The translations under genes and the position numbers were made by a program. 64,000 bases of DNA from positions 25,792,001 to 25,856,000 of the forward strand of contig CATNEN010000001.1 of assembly GCA_950097015.1 (NCBI GenBank). Reading direction: 5' to 3'. Shown here piece after piece: positions 37,101 through 52,660 of this stretch (its first letter is position 1; the number at the start of each line of letters is the position of its first letter). Under the pieces are notes generated by a model that did not search any database, was not told where the DNA came from, and saw only the letters and a program-made list of their open reading frames with translations. Source of the DNA: Macrostomum hystrix. Lineage: Eukaryota; Animalia; Platyhelminthes.

Positions 37101-39230
37101 TTGAATCATGGCAAAACCAGAGTTTGAATCATGGCTAAACCAGAGTTTGAATCATGGCTAAACCAGCGTTTGAATCATGGCTAAACCAGAGTTTGAATCA
37201 TGGCAAAACCAGAGTTTGAATCATGGCTAAAGCAGAGTTTGAATCATGGCTGAACCAGCGTTTGAATCATGGCTAAACCAGAGTTTGAATGAAGGCTAAA
37301 CCCGAGTTTGAATCATGGCAAAACCAGAGTTTGAATCATGGCTAAACCAGAGTTTGAATCATGGCTAAACCAGAGTCTGAATCATGGCTAAAAACCAGCG
37401 TTTGAATCATGGCTAAACTAGCGTTTGAATCATGGCTAAAGCAGAGCTTGAATCATAGCCAACCAGAGTTTGAATCATAGCAAAACGAGAGTTTGAATCA
37501 TAGCCCACCAGGGTTTAAAACAGGGCGAAATCTGAGTTTGAATCTTGGCTTACCCAGCGTTTGAAAAATCAACGTCAACTGGGGAGTCATCATCAAAATG
37601 GGGATCATGGTAAACTGTGGGATAATCGTCAACTGGGGGATCATGGTAAACTTGGGGATCATTGTCAACTGGGAGATCATCATCAACGGGGGGATCATTG
37701 TCAACTGGGGGATCATTGTCAACGGGCGGGATCATTGTCAACTGGGGAATCATTGTCAACTGGGGGATCATTGTCAACTGGGGGATCATTGTCAACTGGG
37801 TGATCATCATCAACTGGGGGATCATTGTCAACTGGGGGAACATTGTCAACTGGAGGAACATTGTTAACTGGGGATCATCATCAATGGGGAGTCATCATCA
37901 ACTGGGGGATCATTGTGAACTGGGGGATCTTTGTTAACTGGGGGATCATTGTGAACTGGGGGATCATTGTCAACTGGGGGATCATTGTCAACTGGGGGAT
38001 CATTTTCAACTGGGGGATCATCATCAACTGGGGGATCATCATCAACTGGGGGATCATTGTGAACTGGGGGATCATTGTCAACTGGGGGATCATTGTCAAC
38101 TGTGGGATCATTGTCAACGGGCGGGATCATTGTCAATTGGGGGAACATTGTCAACTGGACGAACATTGTTAACTGGGGATCATCATCAATGGGGAGTCAT
38201 CATCAACTGGGGGATCATTGTGAACTGGAGGATCTTTGTCAACTGGGGGATCATTGTCAACTGGGGGATCATTGTCAACTGGGGGATCATTGTCAACTGG
38301 GAGATCATCATCAACGGGGGGATCATCATCAAATGGGGGATCATTGTCAACTGTGGGATCATTGTCAACTGGGGGATCATTGTCAACTGGGAGATCATTG
38401 TCAACTGGGGGATTATTGTCAACTGGGGGTTCATTGTCAACTGGGGGATCATTGTCAACTGGGGGATCATCATCAACTGGGGGATCATCATCAACTGGGG
38501 GATCATTGTGAACTGGGGGATCATTGTCAACTGGGGGATCATTGTCAACTGTGGGATCATTGTCAACGGGCGGGATCATTGTCAACTGGGGGATCATTGT
38601 CAACTGGGGGATCATTGTCAACTGGGGGATCATTGTCAACTGGGGGATCATCATCAACTGGGGGATCATTGTCAACTGGGGGAACATTGTCAACTGGGGG
38701 TTCATTGTCAACTGGGGGATCATTGTCAACTGGGGAATCATTGTCGACTGGGGGATCATTGTCAACTGGAAGATCATTGTCAACTGGGGGATCATTGTCA
38801 ACTGGGGGTTCATTGTCAACTGGGGGTTCATTGTCAACTGTGGGATCATTGTCAACGGACGGGATCATTGTCAACTGGGGGATCATTGTCAACTGGGGGA
38901 TCATTGTCAACTGAGGAATCATTGTCGACTGGGGGATCATTGTCAACTGGGGGATCATTGTCAACTGTGGGATCATCATCAACTGGGGGATCATTGTCAA
39001 CTGGGGGATCATTGTCAACTGGGGAATCATTGTCAACTGGAAAATCATTGTCAACTGGGTGATCATTGTCAACTGGGGAATCATTGTCAACTAGGGGATC
39101 ATCATCAACTGGGGTATTATTGGCAACTGGGTGATCATTGTCAGCTGGGGGATCATTACAGCTGCTAAAAGGTATATACTGGACGAATTAAAAATATTTC
39201 TGCTCCCCGAAGGGGGGCAAAACTTGCTAG
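34153..39230 (+). mobile_element. Helitron unit 4 (type A, with ~1.1-kb unique cargo and third satellite)
   Basis: TCCTACTATAC start; hairpin plus CTAG end. Confidence 0.9.
35460..35816. repeat. Satellite C, 23 bp (TTAGTTCTCTGCTGCTGGGGGAA), about 15 copies
   Basis: Direct reading; found only in type-A units 4 and 7. Confidence 0.95.
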
Positions 39231-42200
39231 TCCACTATACTAAAAATGAAATGCTTGCTTGCTTGCTTGCTTGCTTGTAATTGATTTTCTCCCGAGCGGC
39301 TCAACCGATTTTCACCATTTCTTCACCAAAAGATGCCAAATATGGGGACAATTTTACACGTAATTTTATTAAGCTTAACTTTATTGCTAAAGGGATTAAA
39401 TATTCGAAAAACATGATTTTTTCAAAGGTCAAACCATCTTGGCCTATTGAGAATTTCACTGACAGCCACTGAATTAGAATTGCGTCGTCAAATTGCGCAA
39501 CAACCCCTAGCTGATTGAATTTGAAGCCTGCACTCTGGAGACAAATTGGAAATAAATGTACACAACCAACCGCGAGACTGAGTGTACTCTATTTTCTTAC
39601 TTCATTGTACAAAGCCAGAACTTTGAGAATTCATTTTATAAGGCAGATTTTTGCACCCACTAACCAACAGTCGGAATAGCCGATGTGTAGGCACTAGGAA
39701 TAGGTTAGGCTAGGCTAGGGTTCGATTCTGCACTGCGTCAAATCATTTAGACTAATTTTCAGCCAGTAGTGATTGAAGATTATTTTAATTTATTTTTTCA
39801 TTTCGTAAATAAAATATCATAAATCATAGTAAACCTGAATTTGAATCATGGCAAAAATAGAGCTTGAATCATGGCTAAACCAGCGTCTGAATCATGGCTA
39901 AACCAGAGCTTGAATCATGGCTAAACTGGAGTCTGAATCATGGCTAAACCAGAGTCTGAATCATGGCTAAACCAGCGTCTGAATCATGGCTAAACCAGAG
40001 TCTGAATCATGGCTAAACCAGAGTCTGAATCATGGCTAAACCAGAGTCTGAATCATGGCTTAACCAGAGTTTGAATCATGGCTACACTGGAGTCTGAATC
40101 ATGGCTAAACCAGAGTCTGAATCATGGCTAAACCAGAGTCTGAATCATGGCTTAACCAGAGTTTGAATCATGGCTAAACCAGAGTCTGAATCATGGCTAA
40201 ACCAGAGTCTGAATCATGGCTAAAATAGAGTCTGAATCATGGCTAAACCAGAGTCTGAATCATGGCTAAACCAGAGTCTGAATCATGGCTAAACTAGAGT
40301 CTGAATCATGGCTAAACCAGAGTCTGAATCATGGCTAAACTAGAGTCTGAATCATGGCTAAACCAGAGTTTGAATCATGGCAAAAACAGCGTCTGAATCA
40401 TGGCTAAACCAGAGCTTGAATCATGGCTAAACCAGAGTTTGAATCATGGCTGAACCAGCGTTTGAATCATGGCTAAACCAGAGTTTGAATGAAGGCTAAA
40501 CCCGAGTTTGAATCATGGCAAAACCAGAGTTTGAATCATGGCAAAACCAGAGTTTGAATCATGGCTAAACCAGAGTTTGAATCATGGCTAAACCAGCGTT
40601 TGAATCATGGCTAAACCAGAGTTTGAATCATGGCTAAACTAGAGTTTGAATCATGGCTAAACCAGAGTTTGAATCATGGCAAAAACAGCGTCTGAATCAT
40701 GGCTAAACCAGAGCTTGAATCATGGCTAAACCAGAGTTTGAATCATGGCTGAACCAGCGTTTGAATCATGGCTAAACCAGAGTTTGAATGAAGGCTAAAC
40801 CCGAGTTTGAATCATGGCAAAACCAGAGTTTGAATCATGGCAAAACCAGAGTTTGAATCATGGCAAAACCAGAGTTTGAATCATGGCTAAAGCAGAGTTT
40901 GAATCATGGCTGAACCAGCGTTTGAATCATGGCTAAACCAGAGTTTGAATGAAGGCTAAACCCGAGTTTGAATCATGGCAAAACCAGAGTTTGAATCATG
41001 GCAAAACCAGAGTTTGAATCATGGCTAAACCAGCGTTTGAATCATGGCTAAACCAGAGTTTGAATCATGGCTAAACTAGAGTTTGAATCATGGCTAAAAC
41101 AGAGTTTAAATCATGGCAAAACCAGAGCTTGAATCATGGCAAAACCAGCGTTTGAATCATGGCTAAACCAGAGCTTGAATCATGGCTAAACCAGAGCTTG
41201 AATCATGGCTAAACCAGAGCTTGAATCATGGCAAAATCAGAGCTTGAATCATGGCTTAACCAGAGTTTGAATCATGGCTAAACTGGAGTCTGAATCATGG
41301 CTAAACCAGAGTCTGAATCATGGCTAAACCAGAGTCTGAATCATGGCTTAACCAGAGTTTGAATCATGGCTAAACCAGAGTCTGAATCATGGCTAAACCA
41401 GAGTCTGAATCATGGCTAAAATAGAGTCTGAATCATGGCTAAACCAGAGTCTGAATCATGGCTAAACCAGAGTCTGAATCATGGCTAAACTAGAGTCTGA
41501 ATCATGGCTAAACCAGAGTCTGAATCATGGCTAAACTAGAGTCTGAATCATGGCTAAACCAGAGTCTGAATCATGGCTTAACCAGAGTTTGAATCATGGC
41601 TAAACCAGAGTCTGAATCATGGCTAAACCAGAGTTTGAATCATGGCAAAAACAGCGTCTGAATCATGGCTAAACCAGAGCTTGAATCATGGCTAAACCAG
41701 AGTTTGAATCATGGCTGAACCAGCGTTTGAATCATGGCTAAACCAGAGTTTGAATGAAGGCTAAACCCGAGTTTGAATCATGGCAAAACTAGAGTTTGAA
41801 TCATGGCAAAACCAGAGTTTGAATCATGGCTAAACCAGAGTTTGAATCATGGCAAAAACAGCGTCTGAATCATGGCTAAACCAGAGCTTGAATCATGGCT
41901 AAACCAGAGTTTGAATCATGGCTGAACCAGCGTTTGAATCATGGCTAAACCAGAGTTTGAATGAAGGCTAAACCCGAGTTTGAATCATGGCAAAAACAGA
42001 GTTTGAATCATGGCAAAACCAGAGTTTGAATCATGGCTAAACCAGAGTTTGAATCATGGCTAAACCAGCGTTTGAATCATGGCTAAACCAGAGTTTGAAT
42101 CATGGCAAAACCAGAGTTTGAATCATGGCTAAAGCAGAGTTTGAATCATGGCTGAACCAGCGTTTGAATCATGGCTAAACCAGAGTTTGAATGAAGGCTA

Positions 42201-44132
42201 AACCCGAGTTTGAATCATGGCAAAACCAGAGTTTGAATCATGGCTAAACCAGAGTTTGAATCATGGCTAAACCAGAGTCTGAATCATGGCTAAAAACCAG
42301 CGTTTGAATCATGGCTAAACTAGCGTTTGAATCATGGCTAAAGCAGAGCTTGAATCATAGCCAACCAGAGTTTGAATCATAGCAAAACGAGAGTTTGAAT
42401 CATAGCCCACCAGGGTTTAAAACAGGGCGAAATCTGAGTTTGAATCTTGGCTTACCCAGCGTTTGAAAAATCAACGTCAACTGGGGAGTCATCATCAAAA
42501 TGGGGATCATGGTAAACTGTGGGATAATCGTCAACTGGGGGATCATGGTAAACTTGGGGATCATTGTCAACTGGGAGATCATCATCAACGGGGGGATCAT
42601 TGTCAACTGGGGGATCATTGTCAACGGGCGGGATCATTGTCAACTGGGGAATCATTGTCAACTGGGGGATCATTGTCAACTGGGGGATCATTGTCAACTG
42701 GGTGATCATCATCAACTGGGGGATCATTGTCAACTGGGGGAACATTGTCAACTGGAGGAACATTGTTAACTGGGGATCATCATCAATGGGGAGTCATCAT
42801 CAACTGGGGGATCATTGTGAACTGGGGGATCTTTGTTAACTGGGGGATCATTGTGAACTGGGGGATCATTGTCAACTGGGGGATCATTGTCAACTGGGGG
42901 ATCATTTTCAACTGGGGGATCATCATCAACTGGGGGATCATCATCAACTGGGGGATCATTGTGAACTGGGGGATCATTGTCAACTGGGGGATCATTGTCA
43001 ACTGTGGGATCATTGTCAACGGGCGGGATCATTGTCAATTGGGGGAACATTGTCAACTGGACGAACATTGTTAACTGGGGATCATCATCAATGGGGAGTC
43101 ATCATCAACTGGGGGATCATTGTGAACTGGAGGATCTTTGTCAACTGGGGGATCATTGTCAACTGGGGGATCATTGTCAACTGGGGGATCATTGTCAACT
43201 GGGAGATCATCATCAACGGGGGGATCATCATCAAATGGGGGATCATTGTCAACTGTGGGATCATTGTCAACTGGGGGATCATTGTCAACTGGGAGATCAT
43301 TGTCAACTGGGGGATTATTGTCAACTGGGGGTTCATTGTCAACTGGGGGATCATTGTCAACTGGGGGATCATCATCAACTGGGGGATCATCATCAACTGG
43401 GGGATCATTGTGAACTGGGGGATCATTGTCAACTGGGGGATCATTGTCAACTGTGGGATCATTGTCAACGGGCGGGATCATTGTCAACTGGGGGATCATT
43501 GTCAACTGGGGGATCATTGTCAACTGGGGGATCATTGTCAACTGGGGGATCATCATCAACTGGGGGATCATTGTCAACTGGGGGAACATTGTCAACTGGG
43601 GGTTCATTGTCAACTGGGGGATCATTGTCAACTGGGGAATCATTGTCGACTGGGGGATCATTGTCAACTGGAAGATCATTGTCAACTGGGGGATCATTGT
43701 CAACTGGGGGTTCATTGTCAACTGGGGGTTCATTGTCAACTGTGGGATCATTGTCAACGGACGGGATCATTGTCAACTGGGGGATCATTGTCAACTGGGG
43801 GATCATTGTCAACTGAGGAATCATTGTCGACTGGGGGATCATTGTCAACTGGGGGATCATTGTCAACTGTGGGATCATCATCAACTGGGGGATCATTGTC
43901 AACTGGGGGATCATTGTCAACTGGGGAATCATTGTCAACTGGAAAATCATTGTCAACTGGGTGATCATTGTCAACTGGGGAATCATTGTCAACTAGGGGA
44001 TCATCATCAACTGGGGTATTATTGGCAACTGGGTGATCATTGTCAGCTGGGGGATCATTACAGCTGCTAAAAGGTATATACTGGACGAATTAAAAATATT
44101 TCTGCTCCCCGAAGGGGGGCAAAACTTGCTAG
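39231..44132 (+). mobile_element. Helitron unit 5 (copy of unit 2, +14,753)
   Basis: Identical ORF-track pattern at constant offset. Confidence 0.9.
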
Positions 44133-47100
44133 TCCACTATACTAAAAATGAAATGCTTGCTTGCTTGCTTGCTTGCTTGTAATTGATTTTCTCCCGAGCG
44201 GCTCAACCGATTTTCACCATTTCTTCACCAAAAGATGCCAAATATGGGGACAATTTTACACGTAATTTTATTAAGCTTAACTTTATTGCTAAAGGGATTA
44301 AATATTCGAAAAACATGATTTTTTCAAAGGTCAAACCATCTTGGCCTATTGAGAATTTCACTGACAGCCACTGAATTAGAATTGCGTCGTCAAATTGCGC
44401 AACAACCCCTAGCTGATTGAATTTGAAGCCTGCACTCTGGAGACAAATTGGAAATAAATGTACACAACCAACCGCGAGACTGAGTGTACTCTATTTTCTT
44501 ACTTCATTGTACAAAGCCAGAACTTTGAGAATTCATTTTATAAGGCAGATTTTTGCACCCACTAACCAACAGTCGGAATAGCCGATGTGTAGGCACTAGG
44601 AATAGGTTAGGCTAGGCTAGGGTTCGATTCTGCACTGCGTCAAATCATTTAGACTAATTTTCAGCCAGTAGTGATTGAAGATTATTTTAATTTATTTTTT
44701 CATTTCGTAAATAAAATATCATAAATCATAGTAAACCTGAATTTGAATCATGGCAAAAATAGAGCTTGAATCATGGCTAAACCAGCGTCTGAATCATGGC
44801 TAAACCAGAGCTTGAATCATGGCTAAACTGGAGTCTGAATCATGGCTAAACCAGAGTCTGAATCATGGCTAAACCAGCGTCTGAATCATGGCTAAACCAG
44901 AGTCTGAATCATGGCTAAACCAGAGTCTGAATCATGGCTAAACCAGAGTCTGAATCATGGCTTAACCAGAGTTTGAATCATGGCTACACTGGAGTCTGAA
45001 TCATGGCTAAACCAGAGTCTGAATCATGGCTAAACCAGAGTCTGAATCATGGCTTAACCAGAGTTTGAATCATGGCTAAACCAGAGTCTGAATCATGGCT
45101 AAACCAGAGTCTGAATCATGGCTAAAATAGAGTCTGAATCATGGCTAAACCAGAGTCTGAATCATGGCTAAACCAGAGTCTGAATCATGGCTAAACTAGA
45201 GTCTGAATCATGGCTAAACCAGAGTCTGAATCATGGCTAAACTAGAGTCTGAATCATGGCTAAACCAGAGTTTGAATCATGGCAAAAACAGCGTCTGAAT
45301 CATGGCTAAACCAGAGCTTGAATCATGGCTAAACCAGAGTTTGAATCATGGCTGAACCAGCGTTTGAATCATGGCTAAACCAGAGTTTGAATGAAGGCTA
45401 AACCCGAGTTTGAATCATGGCAAAACCAGAGTTTGAATCATGGCAAAACCAGAGTTTGAATCATGGCTAAACCAGAGTTTGAATCATGGCTAAACCAGCG
45501 TTTGAATCATGGCTAAACCAGAGTTTGAATCATGGCTAAACTAGAGTTTGAATCATGGCTAAACCAGAGTTTGAATCATGGCAAAAACAGCGTCTGAATC
45601 ATGGCTAAACCAGAGCTTGAATCATGGCTAAACCAGAGTTTGAATCATGGCTGAACCAGCGTTTGAATCATGGCTAAACCAGAGTTTGAATGAAGGCTAA
45701 ACCCGAGTTTGAATCATGGCAAAACCAGAGTTTGAATCATGGCAAAACCAGAGTTTGAATCATGGCTAAACCAGAGTTTGAATCATGGCTAAACCAGCGT
45801 TTGAATCATGGCTAAACCAGAGTTTGAATCATGGCTAAACTAGAGTTTGAATCATGGCTAAAACAGAGTTTAAATCATGGCAAAACCAGAGCTTGAATCA
45901 TGGCAAAACCAGCGTTTGAATCATGGCTAAACCAGAGCTTGAATCATGGCTAAACCAGAGCTTGAATCATGGCAAAATCAGAGCTTGAATCATGGCTAAA
46001 CCAGAGTTTAAATCATGGCTAAACCAGAGTCTGAATCATGGCTAAACCAGCGTCTGAATCATGGCTAAAGCAGAGTTTGAATCATGGCTAAACTAGAGTC
46101 TGAATCATGGCTAAACCAGAGTCTGAATCATGGCTAAACCAGAGTCTGAATCATGGCTAAACTGGAGTCTGAATCATGGCTAAACCAGAGTCTGAATCAT
46201 GGCTAAAGCAGAGTTTGAATCATGGCTAAACCAGAGTCTGAATCATGGCTAAACCAGAGTTTGAATCATGGCTAAAGCAGAGTTTGAATCATGGCTAAAC
46301 CAGAGTCTGAATCATGGCTAAACCAGAGTCTGAATCATGGCTAAACCAGAGTCTGAATCATGGCTAAACCAGAGTCTGAATCATGGCTAAACTGGAGTCT
46401 GAATCATGGCTAAAGCAGAGTTTGAATCATGGCTAAACCAGAGTCTGAATCATGGCTAAACCAGAGTTTGAATCATGGCTAAACCAGAGTTTGAATCATG
46501 GCTAAACCAGAGTCTGAATCATGGCTAAAAACCAGCGTTTGAATCATGGCTAAACTAGCGTTTGAATCATGGCTAAAGCAGAGCTTGAATCATAGCCAAC
46601 CAGAGTTTGAATCATGGCAAAACGAGAGTTTGAATCATAGCCCACCAGGGTTTAAAACAGGGCGAAATCTGAGTTTGAATCTTGGCTTACCCAGCGTTTG
46701 AAAAATCAACGTCAACTGGGGAGTCATCATCAAAATGGGGATCATGGTAAACTGTGGGATAATCGTCAACTGGGGGATCATGGTAAACTTGGGGATCATT
46801 GTCAACTGGGTGATCATCATCAACTGGGGATCATCATCAACTGGGGGATCATCATCAACTGGGGGTTCATTGTCAACTGTAGGATCATTGTCAACCGGCG
46901 GGATCATTGTCAACTGGGGGATCATTGTCAACTGGGGGATCATTGTCAACTGGGGGGTAATGGTCAACTAGGGGATAATTGTCAACTGGGGAATCATCAT
47001 CAAATGGGGGATCATGGTCAACTTGGGGATCATTGTCAACTGGATGATCATCATAAACTGGGGGATCATTGTCAATTGGGGGAACATTGTCAACTGGACG

Positions 47101-48905
47101 AACATTGTTAACTGGGGATCATCATCAATGGGGAGTCATCATCAACTGGGGGATCATTGTGAACTGGAGGATCTTTGTCAACTGGGGGATCATTGTCAAC
47201 TGGGGGATCATTGTCAACTGGGGGATCATTGTCAACTGGGAGATCATCATCAACGGGGGGATCATCATCAAATGGGGGATCATTGTCAACTGTGGGATCA
47301 TTGTCAACTGGGGGATCATTGTCAACTGGGAGATCATTGTCAACTGGGGGATTATTGTCAACTGGGGGTTCATTGTCAACTGGGGGATCATTGTCAACTG
47401 GGGGATCATCATCAACTGGGAGATCATCATCAACGGGGGGATCATTGTCAACTGGGGGATCATTGTCAACGGGCGGGATCATTGTCAACTGGGGAATCAT
47501 TGTCAACTGGGGGATCATTGTCAACTGGGGGATCATTGTCAACTGGGTGATCATCATCAACTGGGGGATCATTGTCAACTGGGGGAACATTGTCAACTGG
47601 AGGCACATTGTTAACTGGGGATCATCATCAATGGGGAGTCATCATCAACTGGGGGATCATTGTGAACTGGGGGATCTTTGTTAACTGGGGGATCATTGTG
47701 AACTGGGGGATCATTGTCAACTGGGGGATTATTGTCAACTGGGGGTTCATTGTCAACTGGGGGATCATTGTCAACTGGGGGATCATCATCAACTGGGAGA
47801 TCATCATCAATGGGGGGATCATTGTCAACTGGGGGATCATTGTCAACGGGCGGGATCATTGTCAACTGGGGAATCATTGTCAACTGGGGGATCATTGTCA
47901 ACTGGGGGATCATTGTCAACTGGGTGATCATCATCAACTGGGGGATCATTGTCAACTGGGGGAACATTGTCAACTGGAGGAACATTGTTAACTGGGGATC
48001 ATCATCAATGGGGAGTCATCATCAACTGGGGGATCATTGTGAACTGGGGGATCTTTGTTAACTGGGGGATCATTGTGAACTGGGGGATCATTGTCAACTG
48101 GGGGATCATTGTCAACTGGGGGATCATTTTCAACTGGGGGATCATCATCAACTGGGGGATCATCATCAACTGGGGGATCATTGTGAACTGGGGGATCATT
48201 GTCAACTGGGGGATCATTGTCAACTGTGGGATCATTGTCAACGGGCGGGATCATTGTCAACTGGGGGATCATTGTCAACTGGGGGATCATTGTCAACTGG
48301 GGGATCATTGTCAACTGGGGGATCATCATCAACTGGGGGATCATTGTCAACTGGGGGAACATTGTCAACTGGGGGTTCATTGTCAACTGGGGGATCATTG
48401 TCAACTGGGGAATCATTGTCGACTGGGGGATCATTGTCAACTGGAAGATCATTGTCAACTGGGGGATCATTGTCAACTGGGGGTTCATTGTCAACTGGGG
48501 GTTCATTGTCAACTGTGGGATCATTGTCAACGGACGGGATCATTGTCAACTGGGGGATCATTGTCAACTGGGGGATCATTGTCAACTGAGGAATCATTGT
48601 CGACTGGGGGATCATTGTCAACTGGGGGATCATTGTCAACTGTGGGATCATCATCAACTGGGGGATCATTGTCAACTGGGGGATCATTGTCAACTGGGGA
48701 ATCATTGTCAACTGGAAAATCATTGTCAACTGGGTGATCATTGTCAACTGGGGAATCATTGTCAACTAGGGGATCATCATCAACTGGGGTATTATTGGCA
48801 ACTGGGTGATCATTGTCAGCTGGGGGATCATTACAGCTGCTAAAAGGTATATACTGGACGAATTAAAAATATTTCTGCTCCCCGAAGGGGGGCAAAACTT
48901 GCTAG
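44133..48905 (+). mobile_element. Helitron unit 6 (copy of unit 3, +14,753)
   Basis: Identical ORF-track pattern at constant offset. Confidence 0.9.
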
Positions 48906-51900
48906 TCCTACTATACTAAATGTCTAAGATCTGTCTGTCCATCTGAAACGCTCTAGCGAATGAATGGCTAGACCAATTTTTTTCCTGTTTTCACCAAAAA
49001 GTGCCAACTCATCCAAGGATTAGACTGATCAAATTTCATCATTCTGTCTCAATTCCAAGGGTATTAAATATTCGAAAAACGAGTTTTTCTATTGCTTTCA
49101 ATAGGAGGCCAAACAAGGTTAAATTAGAATAGGGCCGGACACTGTCAGTTTTATTAGATTGCATCGGTGCTTTTTCTCGCCCGCGCGTGCATTGGTATAG
49201 CACTGAACAGGGCCCGATACTCTCAATTGAATAGGATTGCGTCACTGCTTTTCGACCCCTACGTACGTTTATAAATTTGTCTCTTGGCTGATCGAGTGAT
49301 TTGATTTGAATACGCAAAACGTACATAGCAGATTTCATGATTGGGCTTTTATGATGCTCAATGCTAGCGAGACCTCTCCTCCTCCTTTCTATCCATAAAA
49401 CTGCAGCCTTTCTATTGTCAAACCTTGTCTCGACTTCGATCATTGTGCCGCTTTCTTTTCATCTAGCTCCGAAGTAAAGTACTTTAATGCTTTTGTAGAA
49501 TGCAGGTAGAATTTCAGCATCGGTTTTGTTACTGCTTCTTTTTCTTCTAATCTTCTAAACATCAGCAGTTAAAAACGTAAGTTCCTATTTATTAGTACTT
49601 TTTGGGCATTTTTGGTTCGAGTATAAATAGTAAGCGATTTTGGTTAGCTACTGTCGAAGCAGATATTTGTTAGCTTTATTATTCCTGTACTCCCTTTCAG
49701 AAAATAGTATAAGTTTTTTCGAGTATCGGGAATTCGATAATAAAACTAAGGAAATATTTTTGTGCATAGCTGCAGGCGATATCACAATTGAGAACTGCAA
49801 GAAAAAAATATTGAGCGCAGCTAAGAGCGTAAATTATTTCAAATTTTTTAGCATTGTTTTAAGCGTTATTCGATCAAAAAAATAGCTCATTTAATAATAA
49901 TAATTATAAAACTTTTTTCGACGAACACTGATCGAAACCGTTTTCTAAAGTGCTCAACGATTTTCTAAATGTGTCCAACGATTTTCTAAATGTGTTTAAC
50001 AGTTTTCTAAATGTATCTACCGGGCCACATGTAACAGGAGATATTTGTTGCCTTCTGGGCTGAGTAAAATGATGGACACATCGTTTCTATGCTATTTGGG
50101 GGCAATGGTTTCCTGTCAAAGAAAAAGGGCAAACATTTCTTGCTGCGAGTTTGGTAGCCTGCAAGTAGCCTCCATTCTGGTATTATGGAGGTTCTCTTCT
50201 GTTTGGAGAACATTAGTTCTCTGCTGCTGGGGGAATTAGTTCTCTGCTGCTGGGGGAATTAGTTCTCTGCTGCTGGGGGAATTAGTTCTCTGCTGCTGGG
50301 GGAATTAGTTCTCTGCTGCTGGGGGAATTAGTTCTCTGCTGCTGGGGGAATTAGTTCTCTGCTGCTGGGGGAATTAGTTCTCTGCTGCTGGGGGAATAAG
50401 TTCTCTGCTGCTGGGGGAATTAGTTCTCTGCTGCTGGGGGAATTAGTTCTCTGCTGCTGGGGGAATTAGTTCTCTGCTGCTGGGGGAATTAGTTCTCTGC
50501 TGCTCGGGAAATTAGTTCTCTGCTGCTGGGGAAATTAGTTCTCTGCTGCTGGAGGGGAATTAGTTCTCATGGCAAAACCAGCGTTTGAATCATGGCTAAA
50601 CCAGAGTCTGAATCATGGCAGAGTCTGAATCAAGGCTAAACCAGAGTCTGAATCATGGCTAAACCAGAGTCTGAATCATGGCTAAATTTAAGTTTGAATC
50701 TAATCTAATCTAAGTCTAAACCAGAGTTTGAATGATGGCTAAACCAGAGCTTGAATCATAGCTAACCAGCGTTTGAATCATGGCTAAACCAGAGTTTGAA
50801 TCATGGCTAAACCAGCGTCTGAATCATGGCTAAAGCAGAGTATGAATCATGGCTAAAGCAGAGTTTGAATCATGGCTAAACCAGAGTTTGAATCATGGCT
50901 AAAGCAGAGTCTGAATCATGGCTTAACCAGAGTTTGAATCATGGCTAAACCAGAGTCTGAATCATGGCTTAACCAGAGTTTGAATCATGGCTAAACCAGA
51001 GTCTGAATCATGGCAAAACCAGCGTCTGAATCATGGCTAAAGCAGAGTTTGAATCATGGCTAAACCAGAGTCTGAATCATGGCTTAACCAGAGTTTGAAT
51101 CATGGCTAAACCAGAGTTTGAATCATGGCTAAACCAGAGTCTGAATCATGGCTTAACCAGAGTTTGAATCATGGCTAAACCAGAGTTTGAATGATGGCTA
51201 AACCAGAGCTTGAATCATAGCTAACCAGCGTTTGAATCATGGCTAAACCAGAGTTTGAATCATGGCTAAACCAGCGTCTGAATCATGGCTAAAGCAGAGT
51301 ATGAATCATGGCTAAAGCAGAGTTTGAATCATGGCTAAAGCAGAGTTTGAATCATGGCTAAAGCAGAGTTTGAATCATGGCTAAACCAGAGTTTGAATCA
51401 TGGCTAAAGCAGAGTCTGAATCATGGCTTCAGAATCATGGGGTTCATTGTCAACTGGGGGTTCATTGTCAACTGGGGGTTCATTGTCAACTGTGGGATCA
51501 TTGTCAACGGGCGGGATCATTGTCAACTGAGGGATCATTGTCAACTGGGGGATCGTTGTCAACTGGGGTTCATTGTCAACTGGGGGATCATTGTCAAGTG
51601 GGGGATCATTGTCAACTGGGGGATCATTGTCAACGGGCGGGATCATTGTCAACTGGGGAATCATTGTCAACTGGGGGATCATTGTCAACTGGGGGATCAT
51701 TGTCAACTGGGTGATCATCATCAACTGGGGGATCATTGTCAACTGGGGGAACATTGTCAACTGAAGGAACATTGTTAACTGGGGATCATCATCAATGGGG
51801 AGTCATCATCAACTGGGGGATCATTGTGAACTGGGGGATCTTTGTTAACTGGGGGATCATTGTGAACTGGGGGATCATTGTCAACTGGGGGATCATTGTC

Positions 51901-52660
51901 AACTGGGGGATCATTTTCAACTGGGGGATCATCATCAACTGGGGGATCATCATCAACTGGGGGATCATTGTGAACTGGGGGATCATTGTCAACTGGGGGA
52001 TCATTGTCAACTGGGGGATCATTGTCAACGGGCGGGATCATTGTCAACTGGGGGATCATTGTCAACTGGGGGATCATTGTCAACTGGGGGATCATCATCA
52101 ACTGGGGGATCATTGTCAACTGGGGGAACATTGTCAACTGGAGGAACATTGTTAACTGGGGATCATCATCAATGGGGAGTCATCATCAACTGGGGGATCA
52201 TTGTGAACTGGGGGATCTTTGTTAACTTGGGGATCATTGTCAACTGGGGGATCATTGTCAACTGGGGGATCATTGTCAACTGCATGGGGGATCATTTTCA
52301 ACTGGGGGATCATCATCAACTGGGGGATCATCATCAACTGGGGGATCATTGTGAACTGGGGATCTTTGTCAACTGGGGGATCATTGTCAACTGTGGGATC
52401 ATTGTCAACTGGGGGATCATTGTCAACTGGGGGATCATTGTCAACTGGGGGATCATTGTCAACTGGGGGTTCATTGTCAACTGGGGGTTCATTGTCAACT
52501 GGGGGATCATTGTCAACTGGGGGATAATTGTCAACTAGGGGATAATCATCAACTAGGGGATCATTGTTGCTATAAAAGTCTGTAAATTCAGCTGCTAAAA
52601 AGTATATACTAGACGAATTAAAAGTATTTCTGCTCCCCGAAGGGGGGCAAAACTTGCTAG
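48906..52660 (+). mobile_element. Helitron unit 7 (type A)
   Basis: Head and cargo as unit 4; different satellite junction and 3' end variant. Confidence 0.9.
50213..50569. repeat. Satellite C, second array
   Basis: Copy of 35460-35816 at +14,753. Confidence 0.95.
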
